This document shows positions 9,926-17,384 of a stretch of 64,000 nt of DNA, one piece after another. The stretch lies in the NCBI GenBank assembly GCA_964397195.1, contig CAYNGY010000005.1:685-64684 (forward strand). Direction: 5' to 3'. This stretch comes from an uncultured Gammaproteobacteria bacterium (GTDB taxonomy: Bacteria; Patescibacteriota; Patescibacteriia; SBBC01; CAIJZX01). The notes beneath the pieces were generated by a model, which searched no databases, was not told where the DNA came from, and saw only the letters and a list, made by a program, of their open reading frames with translations. Position 1 is the first letter of the stretch; every line of letters starts with the position of its first letter. The translations under genes and the position numbers were made by a program.

Positions 9926-11373
9926 GCCGGCGGGAGCACGTCGATGGTTTCCTGGCGCCGCACGACGCTCCACAGCAGACCAGCGGGAATCGCGCGCGTA
10001 GCAATAATCAACATGCCGTAGACAACCGAGCCGGCGACGAGCGCGACCCAGGGCTGAAGCGGGTGGAGATAGAATACAGTCGCCCACATCCCCAGGGCGG
10101 CGACCAAGACTTTCGGGGCGAACCGAAGGCCAATTCGGAATTTCATAACTCGGAAAATCAGGATGTATCCGATGAGCGGCGTGAGTGCCTCGGTCACAAT
10201 TGTCCCAATGGCGGCGCCGGTATACGACAGGGCTGGGATGAGTACCACATACGTCGCTACGCCGATCACGGCCACACTCAAGTACCCCCAGACCATCTGA
10301 CGTTGACGATTAATAATAGTCACTGTGTGCGCGGACAAGCTATTCAAGAATGACATGGTGACCGCAATCAGGAGCAGTCGGAGAACGCCGGCGGCGGGTG
10401 CGTACTCTTCTTTTCCGATGGCAACCAAAATATCACGAGACATAATCCAGCCGCCAACCAAGATCGGGGTGACCAAGATTAACAGTGTTTCAAATCCGCG
10501 CTGGAAAACGCGGATGAAGCCGTCGCGGTCATTCGTATTAAACGTCTTGCCGAGCGCTGGGAGGAGAAGTCCGACGAATATGGTCGGGAAAGTGATTAAA
10601 ATTTCGAGAACCTTGTAGGCGGCACCATATAAACCGACATCATAGGCGCTTTTATGAAAAACGTTGAGTAAGATGGTGTCGGCCTTAAAGTAGATAAGAC
10701 TGAGGACGATCGAGATGGAGACCGGCAATGTATCGCGGAGGATCGTCCGCCAGTAGGCCCAGTCAAATCGTGGTCGGAGCGCCACGAGTCGGCGTGCCGT
10801 CAGCACAATGATACCGAGATTAACTAGGCTTCCGAGGGCGACGGCGAGCATGAGGCCATTCAGTCCGCCGTTGAGCATCACCACCGCCCAGGTCGCAGCC
10901 AACAGCGTGGCCCGGCCCGCCAGCTCACCAACAACTACCCAGACCGTATTGTAATTCGCTTGGAAAACCGCAACGAGGAGTTGGGTTCCGGCGACCGCAA
11001 AAAAAGATAGCGCTCCAATTTGAATAGCCTCTTTGACCGGAATTCCATAGAACGGCAGGGCCCAGGCCGCCACCGCGCTCCCAAGGAGGACAATAGCCGC
11101 TGAGGTCCAGCGAATTCCTAAAAGATTGCCGACAACAAAGTTTCGGTCCGCGCCCGGCTTGCTTAGCTCGCGCGACAGAATCAAATACAAACCGAGGTCG
11201 GCAACAACGGAAAAGAAACTAACGTAGGCCATGGCCGCTGTATAGGCACCGAAGCCATCCGGTTTTAAGTAGCGCTGCATGACGGCCACGATCAAAACAC
11301 CGATGACCGTACCAACTATTTTCCCGCCGAACTGCAGGATGGTGTTCCGCCCGACGGCGCGTGCGTAGGACAT
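9922..11373 (-). CDS. polysaccharide/oligosaccharide flippase, MOP/Wzx (PST) family
   Basis: About 12-14 TM helices. N-terminus MSYARAVGRNTILQFGGKIVG is typical of Wzx/PST flippases. Start at the ATG ~11373. Confidence 0.7.
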   Translation of the reverse strand: MSYARAVGRNTILQFGGKIVGTVIGVLIVAVMQRYLKPDGFGAYTAAMAYVSFFSVVADLGLYLILSRELSKPGADRNFVVGNLLGIRWTSAAIVLLGSAVAAWALPFYGIPVKEAIQIGALSFFAVAGTQLLVAVFQANYNTVWVVVGELAGRATLLAATWAVVMLNGGLNGLMLAVALGSLVNLGIIVLTARRLVALRPRFDWAYWRTILRDTLPVSISIVLSLIYFKADTILLNVFHKSAYDVGLYGAAYKVLEILITFPTIFVGLLLPALGKTFNTNDRDGFIRVFQRGFETLLILVTPILVGGWIMSRDILVAIGKEEYAPAAGVLRLLLIAVTMSFLNSLSAHTVTIINRQRQMVWGYLSVAVIGVATYVVLIPALSYTGAAIGTIVTEALTPLIGYILIFRVMKFRIGLRFAPKVLVAALGMWATVFYLHPLQPWVALVAGSVVYGMLIIATRAIPAGLLWSVVRRQETIDVLPPA

Positions 11374-11435
11374 AAAAATCGCACAGACTGTACCATTTTC
11401 AACCCTCAGAGTCAATCAAATATGCCTCAAAAATA

Positions 11436-11464
11436 TTGACACCACGGCCCAAACATGATATACT
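11436..11464 (+). promoter_or_regulatory. consensus sigma70-type promoter TTGACA-N17-TATACT with a palindrome (ACCACGG...CCGTGGT) bracketing the -10
   Basis: Read directly: aatatTTGACAccacggcccaaacatgaTATACTaccgtggtcac. Confidence 0.45.
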
Positions 11465-11603
11465 ACCGTGGTCACAAACAGTGCGCCTGTTTCTGTACAC
11501 CGCGCCGTTTGTTCAATCTCATACACAGCTTTAATCGCATGCATGGACACGGAGGATCCGGTTGGGGGTCTCTCTTTTTTGTGTCTCTGTTGCGCCATTC
11601 CTC

Positions 11604-11948
11604 ATGAACGACACGCCTTGGTCTAATCGAATTTCCTATGCGCGGCCGCACCGCGATGTTCGAGTGAAACTACTTGAGCAGTTGCAGCAGGATGGATTAA
11701 ACGAAAATGAAATTTTTGTGCCCGAGCTCGGGAGCGAGGATTTTTATCGACTGATTCAAGATGCCGAAGCGTTCTCGAATGAGCTTGGGGCCACCGACGG
11801 TGCCTGCCCGATTCGGGCCGGACGCTGGCTGAATCGGGTCGCGCTAACAATTACAAAAAAGTCCTATCTTGAATTGCCACTAGCTCGACGTGAAGCGATT
11901 GCCCACGCCGCCATCATGCTGGGCGGTAAACCAGAGCTGCTCCGTTAG
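11604..11948 (+). CDS. hypothetical protein (~114 aa)
   Basis: ORF downstream of the promoter above; the ATG at MNDTPWSN is preferred over the track's TTG start at 11562. No family recognised. Confidence 0.35.
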   Translation: MNDTPWSNRISYARPHRDVRVKLLEQLQQDGLNENEIFVPELGSEDFYRLIQDAEAFSNELGATDGACPIRAGRWLNRVALTITKKSYLELPLARREAIAHAAIMLGGKPELLR

Positions 11949-12523
11949 CCTTTTGGCTGTCCTGTCCGCTCCTCATGCATGAGCGGTGTGTTGTGATTGC
12001 GCATGACATTGTCGGTTAACGACAAGATCGTCCGCACCACGAGCTCCGGGTTAGGAACCTGCTCAAAGAAGAAGCGCTCTTTCTCGCCAGCTGTTTGAAT
12101 ATACACGTTCCCATAGCGAAAAAGGTGAGCGAGGGCGCCGTTTACTTCACTCGTGACATCTTGGATGCGATATAACGGCTGTTCGGCGATTGTTCGCGAC
12201 AAGAGTCCGCTCTGTTCGATGTCGACCACGCGTTTGTTGGTGACAATAAAGACATCAAGATAATAGTCGAGCCAAAAACCATACAGGAGCGTCAGCAAGA
12301 AGAGATAAAACAGGGCGAAGAAAAGCACAAGCGCGCCGTGGCCGACGCTGGTGACCGGGAGACGACTGTCTGAGAGCTCCGTCCATCCCCAGAGAAGCGC
12401 CGCTGGCACAATCGCCATCACAGCTAACCTGACTACGTCCTTCATGAATGGGATCCAGTGCCGATGAAGCACCAAGAGAATTTTTTCGTCGGGCTGTTGC
12501 CCCGCGAAAGCGTAATCGGTCAT
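11945..12523 (-). CDS. bacterial PH-domain (bPH_2/DUF304, YdbT-like) membrane protein
   Basis: Two TM helices followed by the block VFIVTNKRVVDIEQSGLLSRTIAEQPLYRIQDV, typical of bPH_2. Start at MTDYAFAG, overlapping the upstream small ORF by 4 nt. Confidence 0.55.
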   Translation of the reverse strand: MTDYAFAGQQPDEKILLVLHRHWIPFMKDVVRLAVMAIVPAALLWGWTELSDSRLPVTSVGHGALVLFFALFYLFLLTLLYGFWLDYYLDVFIVTNKRVVDIEQSGLLSRTIAEQPLYRIQDVTSEVNGALAHLFRYGNVYIQTAGEKERFFFEQVPNPELVVRTILSLTDNVMRNHNTPLMHEERTGQPKG

Positions 12524-12774
12524 AGTGTGCCTCCCGATGTGGTGCCCGGAAACGATATCGTCCAGGAGGCGCTCCAATCAACGCTACGAACGAGGAGCGC
12601 GCCAAGTGCCACCATGATAACGAAGACGACGAGGTAGGCGAGTGTAGCGACGAGAATGTGCCGATCACGATTTGCAAATCTGACCCCAAAGACGACGTGT
12701 GTGGCCGCGATCGACAGAATCACAACAAACAAGGCGAGCGCAACCCAGAGAACGACAACGGCGGGGATGGTCAC
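12520..12774 (-). CDS. small 2-TM membrane protein (possible YdbS-like partner)
   Basis: 84-aa hydrophobic ORF. 4-nt overlaps with ruvB upstream and the bPH gene downstream suggest translational coupling. Confidence 0.35.
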   Translation of the reverse strand: MTIPAVVVLWVALALFVVILSIAATHVVFGVRFANRDRHILVATLAYLVVFVIMVALGALLVRSVDWSASWTISFPGTTSGGTL

Positions 12775-13802
12775 AGGAGTGTGCCCTCCGTTGACGCCGG
12801 TCGTGGGCGCCCCAGGTGGTCGTAGGCGGCTGGCGTGACCACGCGGCCCCGTGGGGTACGTGCGAGAAATCCAATCTGCATGAGAAATGGCTCATAGACA
12901 TCCTCGAGCGTATCAGTTTCTTCGGCGACGGCGGCGGCGAGCGTGCTCAGTCCAACCGGTCCGCCATTAAACTTGTCGATAATGTATTCAAGTAAGCGCC
13001 GATCGAGTGGATCAAGCCCAAGTTGGTCGATATCAAGGGCGGCCAGCGCGGCGGTAGCGAGGTCAACCGTAATACGTCCTTGCCCATGAACCTCCGCGTA
13101 GTCACGGACCCGACGGAGAAGCCGGTTGGCGACCCGCGGCGTTCGGCGCGAACGAGTGGCAATGACTTCGGCGGCGGCCGGATCCATCGCGGCCTTCAGG
13201 ATGGTGGCTGAGCGTTGGAGAATCTTGACGAGCTCGTCGGTTTCGTAAAATTCTAACCGATAGGTCACGCCGAAACGATCGCGTAGCGGTCCCGAGAGAA
13301 GCGAGAGCCGGGTCGTGGCGCCGATGAGCGTAAAACGGGGGAGCTCGAGCCGAACGGTTCTAGCTGACGGCCCCTTCCCGATGACGATATCGAGTTTGTA
13401 ATCTTCCATGGCCGGGTACAACACTTCCTCAACCGCCCGGTTCAAGCGATGAATCTCATCAATAAATAACATCCCGCCCGGCTCAAGATTGGTCAGAATC
13501 GCCGCTAAATCGCCGGCCCGTTCAATGGCGGGACCCGAGGTGACGCGAATATCGGCGCCAACTTCGTGCGCAAGGACATGGGCGAGCGTCGTTTTTCCAA
13601 GACCGGGCGCCCCGTGCAACAGCACGTGGTCGAGCGGCTCCTTTCGTTTGATGGCCGCCTGTAAAAACGTCATCAGGCTCGGTCGAATCTGCTTTTGGCC
13701 GATGTATTCTTCCAGCTTTGATGGGCGCAGGGAGACGTCTAAATCAACCTCGCCCGGCTGGGTGTTGGTCGTCAGGATGCGCGCTTCATCGTCGACAGGC
13801 AT
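12771..13802 (-). CDS. ruvB: Holliday junction branch migration ATPase RuvB
   Basis: Walker [12 protein letters not shown], Walker [10 protein letters not shown], sensor and arginine-finger regions. Start at [10 protein letters not shown] (ATG ~13802). Confidence 0.9.
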   Translation of the reverse strand: MPVDDEARILTTNTQPGEVDLDVSLRPSKLEEYIGQKQIRPSLMTFLQAAIKRKEPLDHVLLHGAPGLGKTTLAHVLAHEVGADIRVTSGPAIERAGDLAAILTNLEPGGMLFIDEIHRLNRAVEEVLYPAMEDYKLDIVIGKGPSARTVRLELPRFTLIGATTRLSLLSGPLRDRFGVTYRLEFYETDELVKILQRSATILKAAMDPAAAEVIATRSRRTPRVANRLLRRVRDYAEVHGQGRITVDLATAALAALDIDQLGLDPLDRRLLEYIIDKFNGGPVGLSTLAAAVAEETDTLEDVYEPFLMQIGFLARTPRGRVVTPAAYDHLGRPRPASTEGTLL

Positions 13803-13808
13803 ATGCCG

Positions 13809-13837
13809 AGTATACCCTTTTTTGGCTAAGGTATCAA
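13809..13837 (-). promoter_or_regulatory. ruvB promoter TTGATA-N17-TATACT ending 6 nt before the ATG (leaderless mRNA)
   Basis: Minus strand reads TTGATAccttagccaaaaaagggTATACTcggcatATG. Confidence 0.45.
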
Positions 13838-13924
13838 CTCTTTCCGGGGCCCCTCTTGACAAAAACCCCACCCTATGATAGGTTGTCCAGTCACGCACGT
13901 TTCATAGCCGAATGCGCATCATTG

Positions 13925-14042
13925 GTGCCAACGAATCTGTGGGCACGACAAGCATGGGGACCAGTCCATGGCTTTGTCGGGTCCTGACCTGACAACGACC
14001 AGAGATCGGTCTTCTTGCCCACAGGTTCGTTGGCGTCATTTT
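13925..14042 (+). other. highly structured inverted-repeat element (candidate small RNA / 5'-UTR attenuator)
   Basis: 19-bp near-perfect stem (GCCAACGAATCTGTGGGCA ... TGCCCACAGGTTCGTTGGC, one G-U) enclosing ~70 nt with nested hairpins, followed by a UCAUUUUGUAU run. TTGACA at ~13847 lies upstream. Track ORFs across it (PTNLWAR on both strands) are palindrome artefacts. Confidence 0.3.
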
Positions 14043-14148
14043 GTATCCGGCGCAAACGAATAAATCCACCACGACGCAGGACGCGTCGTTCGCATGGACC
14101 CCATCCCGAGTATGGAATTTCGGGACTATGCCGCTTGGAGGAATCACG

Positions 14149-14457
14149 ATGATCCGCACGACCAGCACTGCTGCACTACGCGCCCGTCAGCCGAAGCCGT
14201 CTGTGTTCAAGCAGAACCGCGACCGGCAGCGTCGGGTGAAGTTCTTCTTCCTCTGGGCGAAGAATTCACGCCCGGTCGTCGCCGCGTTCGTGGCGCTGAT
14301 GGTCACGACCTTCATCGCGCTGACGCCGGCCCTCCTCAACGGCGGGGACGGCCTCGTGTTCGTGCTGTGGATGACGACCTTCGCGATGGCTTTTGCCGGC
14401 GCCTGGCAGTTCTTCGTCTGCGAGGCCGGCTACACCATCGACGACTGGCGGAAGTAG
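14149..14457 (+). CDS. small 2-TM membrane protein with atypical GC3-rich codon usage (possible foreign gene)
   Basis: GGAGGA SD 7 nt upstream of the ATG. About 65% GC with nearly every codon ending in C/G, unlike neighbouring genes. Basic N-terminus then two TM helices. Confidence 0.45.
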   Translation: MIRTTSTAALRARQPKPSVFKQNRDRQRRVKFFFLWAKNSRPVVAAFVALMVTTFIALTPALLNGGDGLVFVLWMTTFAMAFAGAWQFFVCEAGYTIDDWRK

Positions 14458-14578
14458 TCGCACATCGTGCGGCGGCTGGTCACTCGACGTAGGGCCTGGC
14501 AACACATCGCCGCCCTCTCAGGGTCGAGTCCAGCCGCCGTCAACAAACACGACCGCCTCGGCGGTCAAGCAGTACCTG

Positions 14579-14616
14579 CCCCGGTTCTACCAAGGACCGG
14601 GGTGACGTTTTATTTA
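14579..14616 (+). terminator. rho-independent terminator (CCCCGGT...ACCGGGG then TGACGTTTTATTTA)
   Basis: 7-bp GC stem plus U-run. Convergent with the VanW stop. Confidence 0.5.
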
Positions 14617-16593
14617 CGGCGCCGTGTTCGTGTTGGCGTCGGCAGCGCTATTCGTATTCGCTGGGGCGGAACTGTTTGTATTCGTTGGGGCATTCACATT
14701 CGCCGACGAGTTGGTGTTCGTGGCGGCTGGTTTCGGAGCGGCTTTTTTCCCGACCCGGCAAATGACGCCGATCGCACGATAATGACTGGTGAAGGTTTGG
14801 GTTTTACTCGTGCCGTCCGCTTTGGTCACTGTGTAGGTTGCAATGGCATCGGCGCCCGGGTGACCCGGGGTTTGGCATTGCTTTTGTCCCGGTTTTAAGT
14901 CTGACGTTTCAACAGTGGTTGTCTTAGGGATGGCGACGCGATTGAAGACCTTCGGTGTTGGAAGGGTCACCGTTCGGCCGTCTTTTGTCCCATACAGACG
15001 GAAGATGAGATATGTTCCGCTGACTTCGGTTTGGAGTAATAGGGGACCATCGTAGTCGTTTCGGAAACGCAGGTCCGGTTTCGGTTCGTAAATGGTCGCA
15101 TCGAGTCCAACCGGTGGCTCGTAATAACTGATGCGCAAGGAGTGATTCATGCGCTCAACGATCGGCAATCCGGCATTGAGCGCGGCACGGAAGAGTGTCG
15201 TCGCCACCTGGCACAGCCCGCCGCCAAACTCCGGCGTAATTTTTGACCCCTTGATAACTAGCTCCGGTTTCCAACCGTGTGCGCCGTCTATCTTCCCTAG
15301 CGCCGTGACGAGAGAGAAGGTTTCACCTGGCTGAATCAGTAATCCGTTCAACAACTTCGCACCGTATGACAGGTTGTACTTGCGATTGGTCGGACTCCCA
15401 CGGAAATTCGTTTTTCCCTCGGCTACCAGCTCAGTAATACCGAGATTATTATTGGCAACGCCTTCTGAAATTGGTCGCGTTTCCTTAACGGCGACAGCAA
15501 CGGATTTTTCTGTGCCATCAAGGAGTGTGTTCAGGCGGCGAATTGTTTCGCTGATGTCGAGCGATCGACCAACCTGGCTCGTCGAAAAGGCTTGTACGCG
15601 GCCATCAGTAATCGTGAAGCGCGCTTCTTGCGCTTTTGTGTCGATATCGCCTCGGAGCTTCTCGAGATAGGCGCCGGTTTTTTTCGTATCAAAACCAACT
15701 TGCGGCGTTCCATTTGTACCCGCCCGAAACCCCAGCAGGCCGCGGAGGGACGCCTTGGTGATCGTCCACGTTTTAGCGTCGAGGGTAAGTGTGATCGGCG
15801 CGCGATCGAGGATGCTCGGCACACTGCTCGTCGCGATGGATTCGAGATTTGCCGACTTGGGAAATGTTGGAGCAACCGCTTTGACCGGAACAGCCACCGT
15901 CGGTAACGTCAGCGCTTGGATGTGTCGACTCATGGATTTCGCAGCGGATGCGATATCTGGATTCTTCCAGTCTACTTCCGTATTAATTGTGATGGTGTCG
16001 TCGCTGGCGATATTAATAGCGGCGTCTGTCGGCTGTGTCACAAAGGTAGCCGTATCATCGGCGAGCAGTTTTTGAATGTCTTCGGTCGCGACCGTCACGT
16101 GACCAAACGCATGTGGTCGGCCAACCCACCCGCTTACGCGTTCGCGGATCTGTTGCCAAATGTTCCCACGATGCCCAAAGTGGATCGCCTCATTCACGCT
16201 AGCCACTGGATCAAACGTAGCATACTCAAGAATGGTGTCGTCCGGCCCAGCAGTTACGACCTGATAAGTAAGTGTTTTGTCGCTAATAGTAAATTTCATG
16301 TCCCCGGCCTGAATTTGCTCCCACGCGGTTTCAACTTTTTTGAGCGCCGCCATGCCATCGAGACCGCCAACATCAACGCCGGCAATCGTCACACCCGAGA
16401 CAAGGCCGGTTGATTCGTGGGCATAGGCGAAGACGGCCGTGCCGAGCCCGAGAACCACGACCGCACCCAAAACAGTACCACCGATGATCCACGGTCGCTT
16501 TGATGCCGTCGCCTTCGTTTCCGGCGCACTACTTGGCGCTACCGGGGAGGAGGGAATTGAGGTCGTCGAGTTTTTCTTCTTCGGTTGGCTCAT
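14614..16593 (-). CDS. VanW-domain protein with N-terminal TM anchor, PG-binding/YoaR-like regions and Asn/Thr-rich C-terminal tail
   Basis: VanW core GGGLCQVATTLFRAALNAGLPIVERMNHS. TM helix WIIGGTVLGAVVVLGLG. C-terminal ATNTNSSANVNAPTNTNSSAPANTNSAADANTNTAP. Start uncertain (MSQPKKK at ~16593). Confidence 0.7.
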   Translation of the reverse strand: MSQPKKKNSTTSIPSSPVAPSSAPETKATASKRPWIIGGTVLGAVVVLGLGTAVFAYAHESTGLVSGVTIAGVDVGGLDGMAALKKVETAWEQIQAGDMKFTISDKTLTYQVVTAGPDDTILEYATFDPVASVNEAIHFGHRGNIWQQIRERVSGWVGRPHAFGHVTVATEDIQKLLADDTATFVTQPTDAAINIASDDTITINTEVDWKNPDIASAAKSMSRHIQALTLPTVAVPVKAVAPTFPKSANLESIATSSVPSILDRAPITLTLDAKTWTITKASLRGLLGFRAGTNGTPQVGFDTKKTGAYLEKLRGDIDTKAQEARFTITDGRVQAFSTSQVGRSLDISETIRRLNTLLDGTEKSVAVAVKETRPISEGVANNNLGITELVAEGKTNFRGSPTNRKYNLSYGAKLLNGLLIQPGETFSLVTALGKIDGAHGWKPELVIKGSKITPEFGGGLCQVATTLFRAALNAGLPIVERMNHSLRISYYEPPVGLDATIYEPKPDLRFRNDYDGPLLLQTEVSGTYLIFRLYGTKDGRTVTLPTPKVFNRVAIPKTTTVETSDLKPGQKQCQTPGHPGADAIATYTVTKADGTSKTQTFTSHYRAIGVICRVGKKAAPKPAATNTNSSANVNAPTNTNSSAPANTNSAADANTNTAP

Positions 16594-16726
16594 GTTCGAG
16601 ATTGATAGTCCAGACCTGTCCGACGGATGGCTCGGTCGGAAACGCATCACGTGGTAGTTCAAATTGTCCCTGATCGCCTTTCAGTATGACCACGGACGGG
16701 TGGGCGGCGATGACGGTGACGTTCAT
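16529..16726 (-). CDS. DUF3006-like small protein
   Basis: 65-aa VVILKGDQGQFELPRDAFPTEPSVGQVWTI resembles the DUF3006 pattern. Overlaps the putative VanW start by ~65 nt. Confidence 0.4.
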   Translation of the reverse strand: MNVTVIAAHPSVVILKGDQGQFELPRDAFPTEPSVGQVWTINLEHEPTEEEKLDDLNSLLPGSAK

Positions 16727-17160
16727 GCCTCGTCCTCTTCGTCAACGACCGGAATAGCCTCTTGGCGCTGTTCGGCCGCCTTGGGCAGCGTTACGCGTAG
16801 GATACCATTTTTTAGGCTGGCTTTGACGGCCTCGGAGCGAACCGGGGTGGGGAGAATAATGGTCCGCGAGAACCCGCCCCAATAGCATTCTTGATAGAGA
16901 AAAACCCCCTCCGTCTCCTCATCGGCCACCTGGCGCATGCCTTTGATGGTGACCATGTCGTTGTTGACGCTAATATCTATGTCGTCGGCGGTTACACCGG
17001 CGATGGCCGCGCGGATCATAAAGGCATCAGCGCTCTCATAGACATCGATGGCGAGTTGCCCACTATAGTCTTTATCGAGCCAGGTATTGCCCGCGGTTTC
17101 CTCTGTCGCCGCAGCGAGCTTCTCAAAATAGGCTTCGTCGTCTGTTTTGGTCTTCGGCAT
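16723..17160 (-). CDS. Hsp20/alpha-crystallin family small heat-shock protein
   Basis: Alpha-crystallin domain with the C-terminal GILRVTLPK motif. Confidence 0.8.
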   Translation of the reverse strand: MPKTKTDDEAYFEKLAAATEETAGNTWLDKDYSGQLAIDVYESADAFMIRAAIAGVTADDIDISVNNDMVTIKGMRQVADEETEGVFLYQECYWGGFSRTIILPTPVRSEAVKASLKNGILRVTLPKAAEQRQEAIPVVDEEDEA

Positions 17161-17268
17161 GGGCGAACCATACCACTTTTTCTCTCGGACTTCAAGGCCC
17201 GTTGCTTGACCGCTTGGCTAAAACTGGCTATACTCGCCCTGCTTTTTGGCCGCCGAAGCGGCTATTTG

Positions 17269-17343
17269 CGGCCTCATCGTCTAACGGTTAGGACATCGGC
17301 TTTTCAAGCCGGTAATCGGGGTTCGATTCCCCGTGGGGCTACC
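17269..17343 (+). tRNA. tRNA-Glu (anticodon TTC)
   Basis: GGCCTCATCGTCTAACGGTTAGGACATCGGCTTTTCAAGCCGGTAATCGGGGTTCGATTCCCCGTGGGGCTACCA. Aligns with bacterial tRNA-Glu; anticodon loop TTTTCAA gives UUC; encoded CCA; acceptor stem has two G-U pairs. Confidence 0.8.
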
Positions 17344-17384
17344 AAAGCCTTTTTCCGTCGAAATTATTCTTCTTTTTGCTGCTC

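Noticed and set aside
13718-14168. Track ORFs 13718-13987(+) and 13902-14168(-)
   Set aside because: Both translate the two arms of the 19-bp inverted repeat (the same peptide PTNLWAR appears in each), which marks a palindromic RNA structure rather than coding sequence.
14094-14605. Overlapping ORFs 14094-14492(+), 14266-14505(-), 14393-14605(+), 14467-14898(+)
   Set aside because: They are artefacts of the high-GC, stop-poor region. Only the frame starting at ATG 14149 has an SD and a coherent 2-TM product. 14467-14898 is antisense to the VanW C-terminus.
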